From: an uncultured delta proteobacterium
Lineage (GTDB): Bacteria > Myxococcota_A > Polyangia > Fen-1088
Reading direction: 5' to 3'
DNA: 64,000 nt
Assembly: GCA_963796685.1 (NCBI GenBank)
Contig: CAWCMR010000025.1
Coordinates: 192,001-256,000, forward strand
The translations under genes and the position numbers were made by a program. This document shows, in pieces, positions 49,577-61,795 of this stretch; within the stretch, counting starts at the first letter, position 1; each line of letters opens with the position of its first letter. The notes beneath the pieces are model-generated. The model was not told the DNA's origin. It was given only the letters and a program-made list of their open reading frames with translations, and did no database searches.

Positions 49577-51193
49577 CTACGGCCCAATGCCTGCTGGCAT
49601 CTTGATGAGGCAGAGATCGCCGAAAATCAGCGAATTCCTCTGGAGCCAAGTCTGAGCCGCCGACCGAATGCGCGCATCGTCGGAGGAGCTTCGAATCAAA
49701 TTGTTCCCCAAGGACCAGCCGGGCGGCACATTCCCGGAATAGCCGTTCAGCGTCGGGACTCCGCTCTCCATCTGCGCCCACATGGCATCGATCTGATACT
49801 TCCAGACACCGGAGAAGGAGTCAGGTTTCAGGATCGGCGCATAGAGAAAATACCGACAGCGCGGGCCGATCTCCCGTTCGACGGCTTCGAACTGCCGCCG
49901 CTGTGCCCGCCAAGCAAAAGACGGGGTGCTGACGACCTGTTCGGCCATACACAAGAGCGCGACCGTCACGACCACGCCCAGGCTGGCCCGCTTCCGCAAC
50001 CACTGCAGCGCCAGCACCAGGGCCACCGAATGGCTCAAGAGCAGGAAGACGCCGATCCGGGAAAAACCCCGAAGCCCCTTGGCCCCTGGAAACCAGGGGA
50101 AGACGTAGCGAAACAGGGTGTATCCCTTGAACTGAAGAAACACGATGAACGATGTGGCGAACGTCAAGAAGAGGACCCTGAGCGCGGCCCGTTTCTGCGT
50201 TCGGCGGATCCCCAGGAAGAAGCCAAGAATCACCAGCCCCACGGAGACGAACCCGATTCCAAGCCGCTGCTCATGCTCAATCGGGATCGTCCTGAAGAGC
50301 TTGCTCTCGCCGAGCCAAGAGTAGAGCAGACTCCGATCTCCAAGATCAGCCCACGACTGAGGCGTCGGGAGCATGCTCACCACGTCTTCGAACCGCCGGA
50401 GGCCCACCGAGTCCCCTGCCAAGACATAGTGGCGAGCCAGCGGGAACAGGGCCACCGCCGAGAGCAGGCCCAACCCCGCGATCCAAGGCCAATCCTCCCG
50501 GAGCAAGGGCCAGTATCGGGCGCGGATCTCGCGGAGCGAGAGGCTCCAAGAGAATCCTATCACCAGACAGAAGCCAAGAAACCAGCCATGGTAGAAGCCG
50601 GAATACAGTTGCAACACCGACGCGGCGAAAAATACGCCAAGCCAGCTTCGCCTTGCAGTTGCCGAAAGATTCCGCTGACCCGCACCAAGGACATACCCCA
50701 AGGCATGCAGGGCGAGAACGGGAAAGAACTGGGCCAACAACTGCTGATGCCCGAACTGATTGAGTCGCGGTGCCCCGAAGGCAAACAAATATGCCCCGAC
50801 CACGGCAATCCAGGAGCTCGAAACAAACCAACGCTTGAGAAACGCGAAGACCACGGCGAAATTCAGGACTGAGACCAGAATCATCCAGACTTGGAAGGAC
50901 GACTCCGGACCCATCCCAAGACCCCGCCAAATCCAATACAAGGGTCCGACGCCCAGGAGGGTTTCGCTGTACGCCAATACGTTTTGCTGCGGATAGAAGA
51001 ACTTGGGGTTCCAGAAGTCGGAGTCGCCCGGCCGCCCCGTCGCCCACCGGTACCCATGCTCGAGGAGATAGTTTACGAGGCGGGTATCCCCGGGATCGGT
51101 CTGCATCTGGCGGAATCCCGAAAAAATCGTCGGATGATACGCAACCAACACCCCCAGCACGCAAACCGGAAGCCAATACCGCACCTGCTTCAT
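49577..51193 (-). CDS. YfhO-like polytopic membrane protein (probable GT-C glycosyltransferase)
   Basis: DPGDTRLVNYLLEH, FWNPKFFYP..LAYSE, GAYLFAFG and PTLNGYSG motifs; many TM helices. Confidence 0.65.
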   Translation of the reverse strand: MKQVRYWLPVCVLGVLVAYHPTIFSGFRQMQTDPGDTRLVNYLLEHGYRWATGRPGDSDFWNPKFFYPQQNVLAYSETLLGVGPLYWIWRGLGMGPESSFQVWMILVSVLNFAVVFAFLKRWFVSSSWIAVVGAYLFAFGAPRLNQFGHQQLLAQFFPVLALHALGYVLGAGQRNLSATARRSWLGVFFAASVLQLYSGFYHGWFLGFCLVIGFSWSLSLREIRARYWPLLREDWPWIAGLGLLSAVALFPLARHYVLAGDSVGLRRFEDVVSMLPTPQSWADLGDRSLLYSWLGESKLFRTIPIEHEQRLGIGFVSVGLVILGFFLGIRRTQKRAALRVLFLTFATSFIVFLQFKGYTLFRYVFPWFPGAKGLRGFSRIGVFLLLSHSVALVLALQWLRKRASLGVVVTVALLCMAEQVVSTPSFAWRAQRRQFEAVEREIGPRCRYFLYAPILKPDSFSGVWKYQIDAMWAQMESGVPTLNGYSGNVPPGWSLGNNLIRSSSDDARIRSAAQTWLQRNSLIFGDLCLIKMPAGIGP

Positions 51194-51305
51194 GGGGGCA
51201 GTATCACCATGAGTCCGACTGGGCAGCAAGGGAGCCCTGGGGCAAGAATCCGGTCGGCGACCGCCGACGACTTCAAGCCCAACGGATGGCGAATCCGGGA
51301 CAACT

Positions 51306-53456
<2,151 letters not shown>

Positions 53457-53577
53457 TCATCCGGCACGCCGAAATCCGTGCGGCATAAACCGAATTCAAG
53501 GCGCATGTAATCGCCGTTGTGCGTGTCGTGTCAATACAAATGCTGGTGCTTGGGTTGTCGTGTAGAGTACCTCCTTC

Positions 53578-54519
53578 GTGGCTCTGGTAGTTTTCGTCAA
53601 CCCAGGTTCCCGCGCCAACCGAAAGGATCCTGGTTGCGCCGATCGCTTCGCCAAGATCCTTGGCTCGTGCGGGCGCGTGGCAGCACCGCCGAGTCTGGAG
53701 CAACTGGCCGAGGAAGCCCGGCGCGCTGCCGCGGAGTCACCCTCGGTGATCGCCATTCACGGAGGCGACGGAACGTTGCATCGGACGCTGTCGGCCCTGG
53801 TGGCGGCGTACGGAACGCGGGCGCTGCCCCCGATGGCCATCTTGCCCGGCGGCACCATGAACGTGGTGGCCTCGTCGCTCGGCATCCGGGTCAAACCCGA
53901 GACCCTGCTCGCCGAGCTGGTGGCGGGCGACCGCATGGGTACGCCGCCGGCCACCATCCATCGTCGCTGCCTTCGGGTGGGCAACGACTACGGTTTCATT
54001 TTCGGCAACGGGTTGCTCACCAACTTTCTCGAGGAGTACTACGCCCGCGGCAGCTACGGCGCGAGGCGTGCCGTGTGGATCATCGTTCGCATCCTGCTCT
54101 CCGTGCTGACCACGGGACGCTACGCCCGCCGTATCTTCCGCCGCTTCCGCGGCCGGGTGTGGGTCGATGGCTGTCTACTACCACGCACCCACCTCACCGG
54201 CATGGGCGCGGCCACGGTGTCCGAGGTCGGCTTTCGTTTCAAGCTCCACCACCGTGCGGACGACGATCCGGATCGGATGGGTGGCCTGGCCATCCACGGC
54301 GGACCGCTCTCGCTCGTTCTCGACGTGCTCGACGTGCGCCTGGGCCGCGGATTGTCCCCCAAGCGGGCCACCAGTTTCGTGGCCACCCGGTTGTCCATCG
54401 AGCCCGAAGAGCCGGAATCGGCTTACACCCTCGACGGCGATCTGTACGTCGGCCGCGGCCCCCTCACCGTCGAAGTCGGCCCGGCCCTGGCAATCGTCAA
54501 GCCGGAAAACTGCCGATGA
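53578..54519 (+). CDS. Diacylglycerol-kinase-family lipid kinase
   Basis: VNPGS, HGGDGT, LPGGTMN and TLDGD motifs. Confidence 0.9.
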   Translation: MALVVFVNPGSRANRKDPGCADRFAKILGSCGRVAAPPSLEQLAEEARRAAAESPSVIAIHGGDGTLHRTLSALVAAYGTRALPPMAILPGGTMNVVASSLGIRVKPETLLAELVAGDRMGTPPATIHRRCLRVGNDYGFIFGNGLLTNFLEEYYARGSYGARRAVWIIVRILLSVLTTGRYARRIFRRFRGRVWVDGCLLPRTHLTGMGAATVSEVGFRFKLHHRADDDPDRMGGLAIHGGPLSLVLDVLDVRLGRGLSPKRATSFVATRLSIEPEEPESAYTLDGDLYVGRGPLTVEVGPALAIVKPENCR

Positions 54520-54573
54520 ACGCCATTTCAGTTGTTGAAAACCGCGGCACGCCGACGGTACGATAGGTGATTC

Positions 54574-55365
54574 ATGAGCACGTCCTTCCCCATGGACGGA
54601 AAACGCGTCCGCTTCTCGGGCGACACCAACGTCGGTATGAAGCGCGACCACAACGAGGATGCGTTCTACCTGCCGATGGGCGAACGCCTGGCCATCGTGG
54701 CCGACGGCATGGGGGGACACGCCTCGGGCGAGGTGGCCAGCCGCATGGCGGTGGATTCCATCGTCGGGTACTTCCGCGAAACCGAGGGCGAGCAGCAGCT
54801 CACCTGGCCGTTCAAGGTCGACCGTGGACAGGGGCAGGACATCAACCGCATGACCACGGCGGTCAAGCTGGCCAACCAGCGCATCTACGAGGAGGCCGAG
54901 CGCAAACCCGAGTGCCGCGGGATGGGCACCACGGTGGTGACCACGCTGTTCCTCGACGACGTGCTCATCGTCGGGCACGTGGGCGACAGCCGCCTTTACC
55001 GCGTACGCGAGGGCGCCATCGACCAGATCACCGAGGATCATTCGCTGCTCAACGACTACGTGCGCATGAAGCGCATGTCCGAAGCCGAGATCGCCGCCTT
55101 CCCCCACAAGAACGTCATCGTGCGCGCCCTCGGCATGAAGCCCTCCATCGAGGTCGACATCATCGTCGAGCATCACCGTCTGGGCGATCTGTACGTGCTC
55201 TGCTCCGACGGCCTGTCCGGCATGATCGCGGACTCGGAAATCGCCGGGCTGGCCGTGGAAGAGGCCGACCTCGACAAGCTGTGCGAGCGACTCATCGCCA
55301 CGGCGAATGAAAATGGCGGCATCGACAACATCACGGTCGTGTGCGCGCGCCTCGAACCGCTGTAG
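54574..55365 (+). CDS. PP2C/Stp1-family Ser/Thr phosphatase
   Basis: GMKRDHNED, VADGMGGH, GMGTT, HVGDSR, LCSDGL and GGIDNIT. Confidence 0.95.
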   Translation: MSTSFPMDGKRVRFSGDTNVGMKRDHNEDAFYLPMGERLAIVADGMGGHASGEVASRMAVDSIVGYFRETEGEQQLTWPFKVDRGQGQDINRMTTAVKLANQRIYEEAERKPECRGMGTTVVTTLFLDDVLIVGHVGDSRLYRVREGAIDQITEDHSLLNDYVRMKRMSEAEIAAFPHKNVIVRALGMKPSIEVDIIVEHHRLGDLYVLCSDGLSGMIADSEIAGLAVEEADLDKLCERLIATANENGGIDNITVVCARLEPL

Positions 55366-55389
55366 CCGGCGTTTGCTACGCTTCCATCC

Positions 55390-58227
55390 GTGCAAACCCT
55401 GCAGACCCTGGATCAGTGTCTCGCGGCCGGTCCCGACGCCGAGTCGGCCCGCATGCGCCTCGAGCGCCTGCGCGAGACCAGGGTCGAGCTGCCGGAAGGC
55501 GGCGCGGGCATGGCCTTGTTGGCGGCCGTGCTTGCCAGCGGAACCTATTTGCCGGACCTTCTCTTCGCCGATCCCGAACGTCTGCCACGCCTGCTCGCCG
55601 ACCCGTGGCTCCATCGCGAAAAGCCGCGCGCCCTCATGGCCCACGAAGTCGAGGTGGCGTGCATGGGGATACGCTCGCAGACGGAATTGCAACGTGCCCT
55701 GCGCGGGTACGCGCGCGGCGAGATGCTTCGCCTCGGTGCCCGAGAGATCGGGGCCGGGATCGGCGCCCGAGCAATCGCCCTGCCCGAGCACGGACTGACC
55801 CTGGAGGTCGCGCGCGAGCTTTCCTTCTTGGCCGACGCCTGCCTGGAGGCGGCCGTGCGTTTCTGCGCCGCCGAGCTGCGCGCCGGCTTCGGCGACCCCG
55901 TGTGCCACGATTCCGCGCCCGGTTTTTCCGTCATCGCCATGGGCAAGCTGGGGGGAGAAGAGCTCAATTTCTCGTCGGACATCGACGTCATCTACGTCTA
56001 TGCATCGGACGACGGCCAGGCCGGCTCGCTCAGCCTGCATGAGCTCTACGCGCGTCTTTGCAAGGCGGTCACCCGCGCCATCTCCGAAAGCACCGGTGAG
56101 GGCATGGTCTTTCGCGTCGATCTGCGCCTGCGGCCGGAAGGGCAGAGCGGCGCCATCTGCAACTCGCTGGCCGCGGTCGAGAGCTACTACGAGAGCTTCG
56201 GCCGGACCTGGGAGCGTCAGGCCTTGCTGCGCGCTCGCCATGCCGCGGGTGACGCCTGGCTGGGGGAGCGTTTTCTCCAGACCGTGGAGCCGTTCGTCTA
56301 TCCCCGCGTCGCCGGGCCCGGTACGCTCGAAGAGGTACGCTCGCTGCGCCGCATGTTCGTGGCCGCGAGCGCGGAAGCCAGTTGGGACGTCAAGCTTGGC
56401 AGGGGGGGGATCCGCGATGTCGAGCTCGTGGCGCAGGTGCTGCAACTTCTCTACGCGGGCAAAAGGCGCGATTTGCGCGAGCGCACGACGCTGCCCGCGC
56501 TGAACAAGTTGGGGCTGGCCGGCCTCCTGTCCGATCAGGAAAACCGTACCCTCACCGATGCCTATCGCCTGTTGCGCAGGATCGAACATCGGCTGCAACT
56601 CGAGCACGGACAGCAAGTCCACCGCCTGCCCGTCGGCCAAGACGCCATCGCCTGTCTGGCCAAACGCCTCGGCTTCTCCGGCGCGGATGAGTTTACCACC
56701 GTCGTCGAGGAGAAGCGCGCCGCCGTCTGTGCCATCGCCGACACCCTGGGCGAGCCGACGTCGGGCCCGCCCGCCGCCGTATTGCGCATGCTGACCCCCA
56801 CCACGGCGAACGAGGATCTGGTGCGCGACCTCGCCGCAGCCGGCTTTCGCGACCTCGAACAGAGCGCCGACAGCCTGGAGCTCGCGCGCGGCCGCCTGCC
56901 GCCCGAATGGCTCGAAGAAGCCATCGCCTCGCCCGATCCCGACCGCGCGCTCGCGCGCTTTCGCGATCTCGCGCTCCGTGCATCGCTGGGCCTGTTCGCG
57001 CTCTTGCGCGAGGAGCGCCAACTTCTGCGCATGCTGGCCAGTCTCTTCGGCACCAGCGAACGCCTGTCGCGACACCTCATCGGGCACCCCGAGCTGTGGC
57101 CCGAATTGACCGCCGGGCTCGGCGAGCCCATGCCCGCTGCGCCGGCGTGGCAGGCCGGGTTCGCGGCCCGCCTGGCCGACTGCGACTACGAAACGGCCTT
57201 GCGCCAGATGCGCCGCTTCCAGGCCGAGGAGATTCTGCGCATCGGCGTGCACGACGCGGCCGGCAACCTCGGACACGAAGAGGTCTCGGCGCAACTGGGG
57301 CGGCTGGCCGAGGCGTGTCTGGAAGAATCGGCACGCCGGGTCGCCGCCGATCTGGCCGCTCGCTTCGGTAGCCCCGACTCCGAGCTGACCGTGCTCGTGC
57401 TCGGCAGTTGCGGCGCCCGCGAGATGCGCTACGGCTCCGATCTGGAGCTTGTCTTTCTCTACGAACGCGACGGCGCCACCCGGACGGGAATGGAGCACCA
57501 AGAATGGTTCTCCCGCCTGGCCCAGCGCCTGATCGGCGCCCTCGGCGCGCTCCTCGAAGAGGGGCGCCTGTACACCGTCGACACGCGGTTGCGTCCGTCC
57601 GGCTCGCAAGGCCTGCTCGTGACCAGTTACCGCGCCTTCGAGGAATACCATCGAGAACAGGCCGCACCTTGGGAGCGCGTCGCCCTTCTGCGCGGACGGG
57701 TCGCATGCGTGCTGCCGCCGCCACAGGGCCAAGCCAAAGAGCGTACGCTCCCCGACTTCAGCCAGCGCCTCGACCGCATCGCCTATCGTCACGACATCCC
57801 CGAGGCCGTCCTGCGCGCCGAGCTTTTGCGCATGCGCAAGAGCATCGAGCAAGAACGCGCGGCCGCCGGCCCGCTCCATCTGCGCTTCAGCCCGGGTGGG
57901 CTCACGGACCTCGAATTCATCGCCGCCTGGGGCCAACTGCGCCGCGGCGGCGACGAGCCTGCCTTGCGCACCACCAATCCGTTCCAGGCGCTCGCGGCCA
58001 TGGCGGAGCGAGGCGATTGCGATTCCCGCTTGCTCGACCACTACCATTTCCTGGCGCGCGCGAGCCTGCGGCTGCGTCTCTTGCGCGACTATGCCGACGA
58101 TCGGTTGGCCGGCAAAGACGAAGAGCCTCTGGCGCGCAGCCTGGGCCTCGGCCGCGCCCAGCTCAAGAGCGAGCTCGCCCAGCGCATGACCGAGGTCCGC
58201 GCGGAGCTCGTCAGACAGTTGCGGTAG
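55390..58227 (+). CDS. glnE: Bifunctional glutamine synthetase adenylyltransferase/deadenylase
   Basis: MGKLGGEELNFSSDID, RVDLRLRPEG, VKLGRGGIRDVE and a second NT domain (YGSDLE, VDTRLRPSG, WERVAL). Confidence 0.95.
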   Translation: MQTLQTLDQCLAAGPDAESARMRLERLRETRVELPEGGAGMALLAAVLASGTYLPDLLFADPERLPRLLADPWLHREKPRALMAHEVEVACMGIRSQTELQRALRGYARGEMLRLGAREIGAGIGARAIALPEHGLTLEVARELSFLADACLEAAVRFCAAELRAGFGDPVCHDSAPGFSVIAMGKLGGEELNFSSDIDVIYVYASDDGQAGSLSLHELYARLCKAVTRAISESTGEGMVFRVDLRLRPEGQSGAICNSLAAVESYYESFGRTWERQALLRARHAAGDAWLGERFLQTVEPFVYPRVAGPGTLEEVRSLRRMFVAASAEASWDVKLGRGGIRDVELVAQVLQLLYAGKRRDLRERTTLPALNKLGLAGLLSDQENRTLTDAYRLLRRIEHRLQLEHGQQVHRLPVGQDAIACLAKRLGFSGADEFTTVVEEKRAAVCAIADTLGEPTSGPPAAVLRMLTPTTANEDLVRDLAAAGFRDLEQSADSLELARGRLPPEWLEEAIASPDPDRALARFRDLALRASLGLFALLREERQLLRMLASLFGTSERLSRHLIGHPELWPELTAGLGEPMPAAPAWQAGFAARLADCDYETALRQMRRFQAEEILRIGVHDAAGNLGHEEVSAQLGRLAEACLEESARRVAADLAARFGSPDSELTVLVLGSCGAREMRYGSDLELVFLYERDGATRTGMEHQEWFSRLAQRLIGALGALLEEGRLYTVDTRLRPSGSQGLLVTSYRAFEEYHREQAAPWERVALLRGRVACVLPPPQGQAKERTLPDFSQRLDRIAYRHDIPEAVLRAELLRMRKSIEQERAAAGPLHLRFSPGGLTDLEFIAAWGQLRRGGDEPALRTTNPFQALAAMAERGDCDSRLLDHYHFLARASLRLRLLRDYADDRLAGKDEEPLARSLGLGRAQLKSELAQRMTEVRAELVRQLR

Positions 58228-58302
58228 GCCGGCGACCTCACGTTCCAAAGCAATCGAGCCGCCGATCTCGGTGTCATGTAGAATCAGACTGCGAGGCTGG
58301 CT

Positions 58303-58914
58303 GTGACCGAGCGGCGCAACGAGACAATCCTCTTCCTCCCCGGCGAAATAGGCGAGCGTGCTCTGCGCGCGCGCCTGGTTGCGGGCGAGGATGGGGCCTA
58401 TCGGGATTGTTACCAGCTTTATGCCCCCAAGCTGATGCGCCTGCTGGTGGGGATCGTGCGCAACCGAGCCCGCGCCGAGGAAATTCTTCAAGATACGTTC
58501 ATCGCGGCATTCCGAAGTATCGCCCGCTTTCGCGGCGAGATCGCCGTCTCCAGTTGGCTTGCGCGCATCGCGACGAATCGTGCCTACAACCTGATTCGCG
58601 ACGAATCCCGGCAAAAGCGAACCGTGCCCCGGCCGGTCGAGGAGCCCGTATCCAGGCCGGAGCTCCGGGTCGAGGGCCGCGACCTGGCCCGCAAAGTGAT
58701 GGGGATCTTGGACCAGATGGATCCCTCCAAGAAGCTGGCACTGCTGCTGCAGGCCGAAGGTTACACGGTGGCCGAAATCGCCGAGATCTCCGATGAGCCA
58801 CGGGGGACCATTCTGGCGCGAATTTCGCGCAGCCGCGCCGAATTGTCCCTGCGCATGGCCGAGGCCGGGCTGCTTGCGGACAGGACGCTCCTGAGCTCGG
58901 GGGATCAGGCATGA
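58303..58914 (+). CDS. ECF sigma factor
   Basis: AEEILQDTF and SWLARIATN (region 2); EGYTVAEIAEI..GTILARISRSR (region 4). Confidence 0.9.
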   Translation: MTERRNETILFLPGEIGERALRARLVAGEDGAYRDCYQLYAPKLMRLLVGIVRNRARAEEILQDTFIAAFRSIARFRGEIAVSSWLARIATNRAYNLIRDESRQKRTVPRPVEEPVSRPELRVEGRDLARKVMGILDQMDPSKKLALLLQAEGYTVAEIAEISDEPRGTILARISRSRAELSLRMAEAGLLADRTLLSSGDQA

Positions 58915-60014
58915 GCGACTGTCTCTCCCTGCGTGATCGGTACTTCGCTCCGGGGGCGGAAGCGGCGCATGACCCCGTGTGGGTCGAGCACCTGCAAGCC
59001 TGCCCGACCTGCCGGTTGGCCCACCAAGGATTGCCCCAGGTCGAGCGAGCGTTGACGGAAATAGCGCAAGTGCCGGTCGTCGTTCCCCCATTTGCCGGAG
59101 TTGCCCAAGCCGCCCAAAACGCTGCACGAAATCAGCGGCGAAAGCAAACCGTGCGTCGCTCGGCGCCATTCCTCTACACCGGGGTAGCCACCGCGCTGGC
59201 TGCCGGCATCGTCGCCGCCGTCCTGGTCAACCGCACACGCGCGACCGAGTTGAAGCTGCTTACGCCAGGCGCCGAGATCCGCGCGGTGGACGAGGCGAAA
59301 TCCGCCATTCTCGCCGACGGCGCCCACGTTCGCTTGGATGCTGGCACGCTCAGGCTCGCCTCGGCGAGCAAGGACGCGCAGACCCTGCTCCTGCCGTCGG
59401 GTCGGGTGTACCTCGACGTGCCCAAGCTGCCGCCGGGGTCGGCGCTTTCGGTGCGTACCCCCGACGCAGAGGTGCGCGTCCATGGCACGCGTTTTCAGGT
59501 CGTTCGCACGGACAAGGACACGCAAGTACACGTCGTCGAGGGCGTGGTCGAGGTTCGCCCGGAAGGCATCGGTCGGCCGATTCAGTTCGTGCGCGCGGGC
59601 CAAACCGCCACGGTCGAATCCGCGGAGGCCTACCGCGAAGGGTTGAAGCGCTCCACGCTCGATGCTCTCGACCACGGCGAGCTCATCGCCGCCGAAAGAC
59701 AGATCGATGCCTTGCTGGGTTCCAGCGCCGACCGATCTCAGCGGGCCGAGGCGCAAGCGCTCCTGGCGTGGTTGCTCTCTTCGCGCGGCAAGCGCCACGA
59801 GGCCATCCCGCGCTACCGGCAGGCGCTCGACCTTCTACCCGAGGGCGTGCAGCCTTTATGGGCCGAGAACGCCTGCGCCGAGCTGGCCATCTTGGTCGAG
59901 CAAGACAAGCCGAAGGACGCCCCACCGGTTTGGGCGGAGTGTCTGCGAAGGTTTCCGGATGGCGTCCATGCTGCCCTGGCTCGATCGCGGGCACATTCCA
60001 GCAAGGGAATGTAG
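58911..60014 (+). CDS. Anti-sigma factor: ZAS motif + TM + FecR domain + TPR
   Basis: HLQACPTC (HxxxCxxC); TM; VRTPDAEVRVHGTRF..VVEGVVEV FecR; ATGA overlap with the sigma gene. Confidence 0.88.
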   Translation: MSDCLSLRDRYFAPGAEAAHDPVWVEHLQACPTCRLAHQGLPQVERALTEIAQVPVVVPPFAGVAQAAQNAARNQRRKQTVRRSAPFLYTGVATALAAGIVAAVLVNRTRATELKLLTPGAEIRAVDEAKSAILADGAHVRLDAGTLRLASASKDAQTLLLPSGRVYLDVPKLPPGSALSVRTPDAEVRVHGTRFQVVRTDKDTQVHVVEGVVEVRPEGIGRPIQFVRAGQTATVESAEAYREGLKRSTLDALDHGELIAAERQIDALLGSSADRSQRAEAQALLAWLLSSRGKRHEAIPRYRQALDLLPEGVQPLWAENACAELAILVEQDKPKDAPPVWAECLRRFPDGVHAALARSRAHSSKGM

Positions 60015-61021
60015 TGAGCGCGGTGCTCGTGCTGTTGCTGGGGTTGTCGGCCCCACTGCGCGCTCCGGATCTGGAGGTCCAGGCGATCACGACGGCGGGC
60101 GCGGAGCTGCCAGAGCTGGCCGACGCCGTGGCACGCGCATTGGTGGCCGGCGGCGCACGCGTGATGCTTGGAGGTCCGACCAGTGCGCACTGCCTCTATT
60201 GCGCGAAGGTTGCCGTCATCGAGAGTCCGCAGGGGAGCTGCCGCATCGACGTGCGACAAGAACATCACTCCGTCGCGGCGGTTTTGAGCTTTCCCCCCGG
60301 AAGCCCGCTCTTCGAGCGCGCGCGTGCCATCGCCATCCAGGCCCGGCTGCTCGTGACCTGGGAGACTGGCCCTGAGGCAAGGCCCAAGAATGCATTGGCC
60401 CGACCGGGCGACCACAAGGCCCGACGAAGAAATCCGGTCGAGCGTGCCGCCGCCCTGCCGTCCTCGACCCAAGCCGAGCCGACGACACCCGCGACCAGGG
60501 AAGCGGGCTCCGCGCCCGTGCGAAAGCAGTCGCCCGAGCCTGCTCCTGAGCTTCCCGTGGATACCCCCGCGGCGGCTGCGAACGCCGGGAACAGGGGCGA
60601 GCAGTCCCCTGCTCCGACCTCGACCAAGTCAGCCGAAACCAGCCCCGTCCGGATCGAGCGGGCGCTGGCCATCGACCACCCACCCACCCGCACCGCGCTG
60701 GTGAAAAGTCGCTGGCCATGGATTCCCACCCTTGTCGGCTCCGGCGCGGCGGTTGCCGCCGGCATCTGCGCCGTGGTCGCGCGCAACCGCTACAACTCCC
60801 TCTCGGACAAATCGCAGCCCTACGCGAGAGCACAGGCCTTGAAGAGCGAAGGCGAAAACTGGCAGACTGCTAGTTTCGTGCTCGCCGGTGTGGCGGCGGT
60901 GGGGCTTGGAGCCGGCATCACCGGATTCGTCACCCGTTCGCCGGGGCCCCCATCCATCGCAGGGCTGGCTGCCCCGATCCCGGGTGGAGGTATCTTCGCC
61001 ATCGCGGGAGCCCTGCCGTGA
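60014..61021 (+). CDS. Exported protein with Pro-rich linker and two Gly/Ala-rich C-terminal hydrophobic segments
   Basis: GTG overlaps the upstream stop; signal peptide; WPWIPTLVGSGAAVAAG and FVLAGVAAVGLGAG; tail PIPGGGIFAIAGALP. Confidence 0.7.
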   Translation: MSAVLVLLLGLSAPLRAPDLEVQAITTAGAELPELADAVARALVAGGARVMLGGPTSAHCLYCAKVAVIESPQGSCRIDVRQEHHSVAAVLSFPPGSPLFERARAIAIQARLLVTWETGPEARPKNALARPGDHKARRRNPVERAAALPSSTQAEPTTPATREAGSAPVRKQSPEPAPELPVDTPAAAANAGNRGEQSPAPTSTKSAETSPVRIERALAIDHPPTRTALVKSRWPWIPTLVGSGAAVAAGICAVVARNRYNSLSDKSQPYARAQALKSEGENWQTASFVLAGVAAVGLGAGITGFVTRSPGPPSIAGLAAPIPGGGIFAIAGALP

Positions 61022-61060
61022 AGAAGTGTCCAGGTCTGGCCACCCTCGAGCGCAACTCAA

Positions 61061-61612
61061 CTAAGGAAGGGACAGGGCCAAGGCACGCGACGAGGCCTCG
61101 CGTGCCACCGGGTTCAGACGCAATGGCTGCATGGCGGAGACCGCGAATCCGTGACGCAGGTAGAGTCGACGCGCGCGCACGTTGTCGGCGTCGGTGAGCA
61201 GGGTGATGCGCATCAGTCCCTCCTTCCGTGCCCAATCGACGGCGGCGCGCAGGAGTCTGGTCCCGAGCCCGCGACCACGTTGGTCCGGGCGCACGACCAA
61301 GTCCTCGAGCAGCGCCACCTTGCCCCCCTCCGCGGTGCTGATGGTGAACAGCAGGCTGACCATGCCCAGAATCCTAGGGCCTCGCGTCAGCACGAAAAGC
61401 CTACCCATCGTCGGCTGCGCGAGGAGGATCTCCAGTGCCCTGCGTTGCTTCGCCACCGTTGGGACAAAATCCTTCTCTTGCTTGAACAAGTGGCCCAAGA
61501 GCTCGACCATCGCCTCCATGTCCGCGCCCCGAGCCTCACGTACCCTTACCACCTCTCGCGGACGGGCCTGCTGAACAGAGCGTCGAATCTTGTCGGTGTT
61601 TCCGTCGAGCAT
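61061..61612 (-). CDS. GNAT-family N-acetyltransferase
   Basis: LEDLVVRPDQRGRGLGTRLL acetyl-CoA motif; NVRARRLYLRHGF. Confidence 0.9.
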   Translation of the reverse strand: MLDGNTDKIRRSVQQARPREVVRVREARGADMEAMVELLGHLFKQEKDFVPTVAKQRRALEILLAQPTMGRLFVLTRGPRILGMVSLLFTISTAEGGKVALLEDLVVRPDQRGRGLGTRLLRAAVDWARKEGLMRITLLTDADNVRARRLYLRHGFAVSAMQPLRLNPVAREASSRALALSLP

Positions 61613-61795
61613 GGGCTGAACTGTATACGGAAGTTTGTTAGCAGACTGTTTCCGTTGGGTGAACGATGGAGTAAAAAGCCTCGCCCGCGAATGCGAAGCG
61701 CGCTATCGGCGCCTGCGAGGTCTTGCCGGGTCTGTACTGGCGGCGGAGGCAAGGCCACGGCCTTCTCCGCAATCCCGCGGCAGGAAATCTGCCCG

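Noticed and set aside
54178-59169. 1663-aa minus-strand ORF
   Set aside because: Antisense shadow of DAGK, PP2C, glnE and ECF genes; an artefact of high GC3 with no domain motifs
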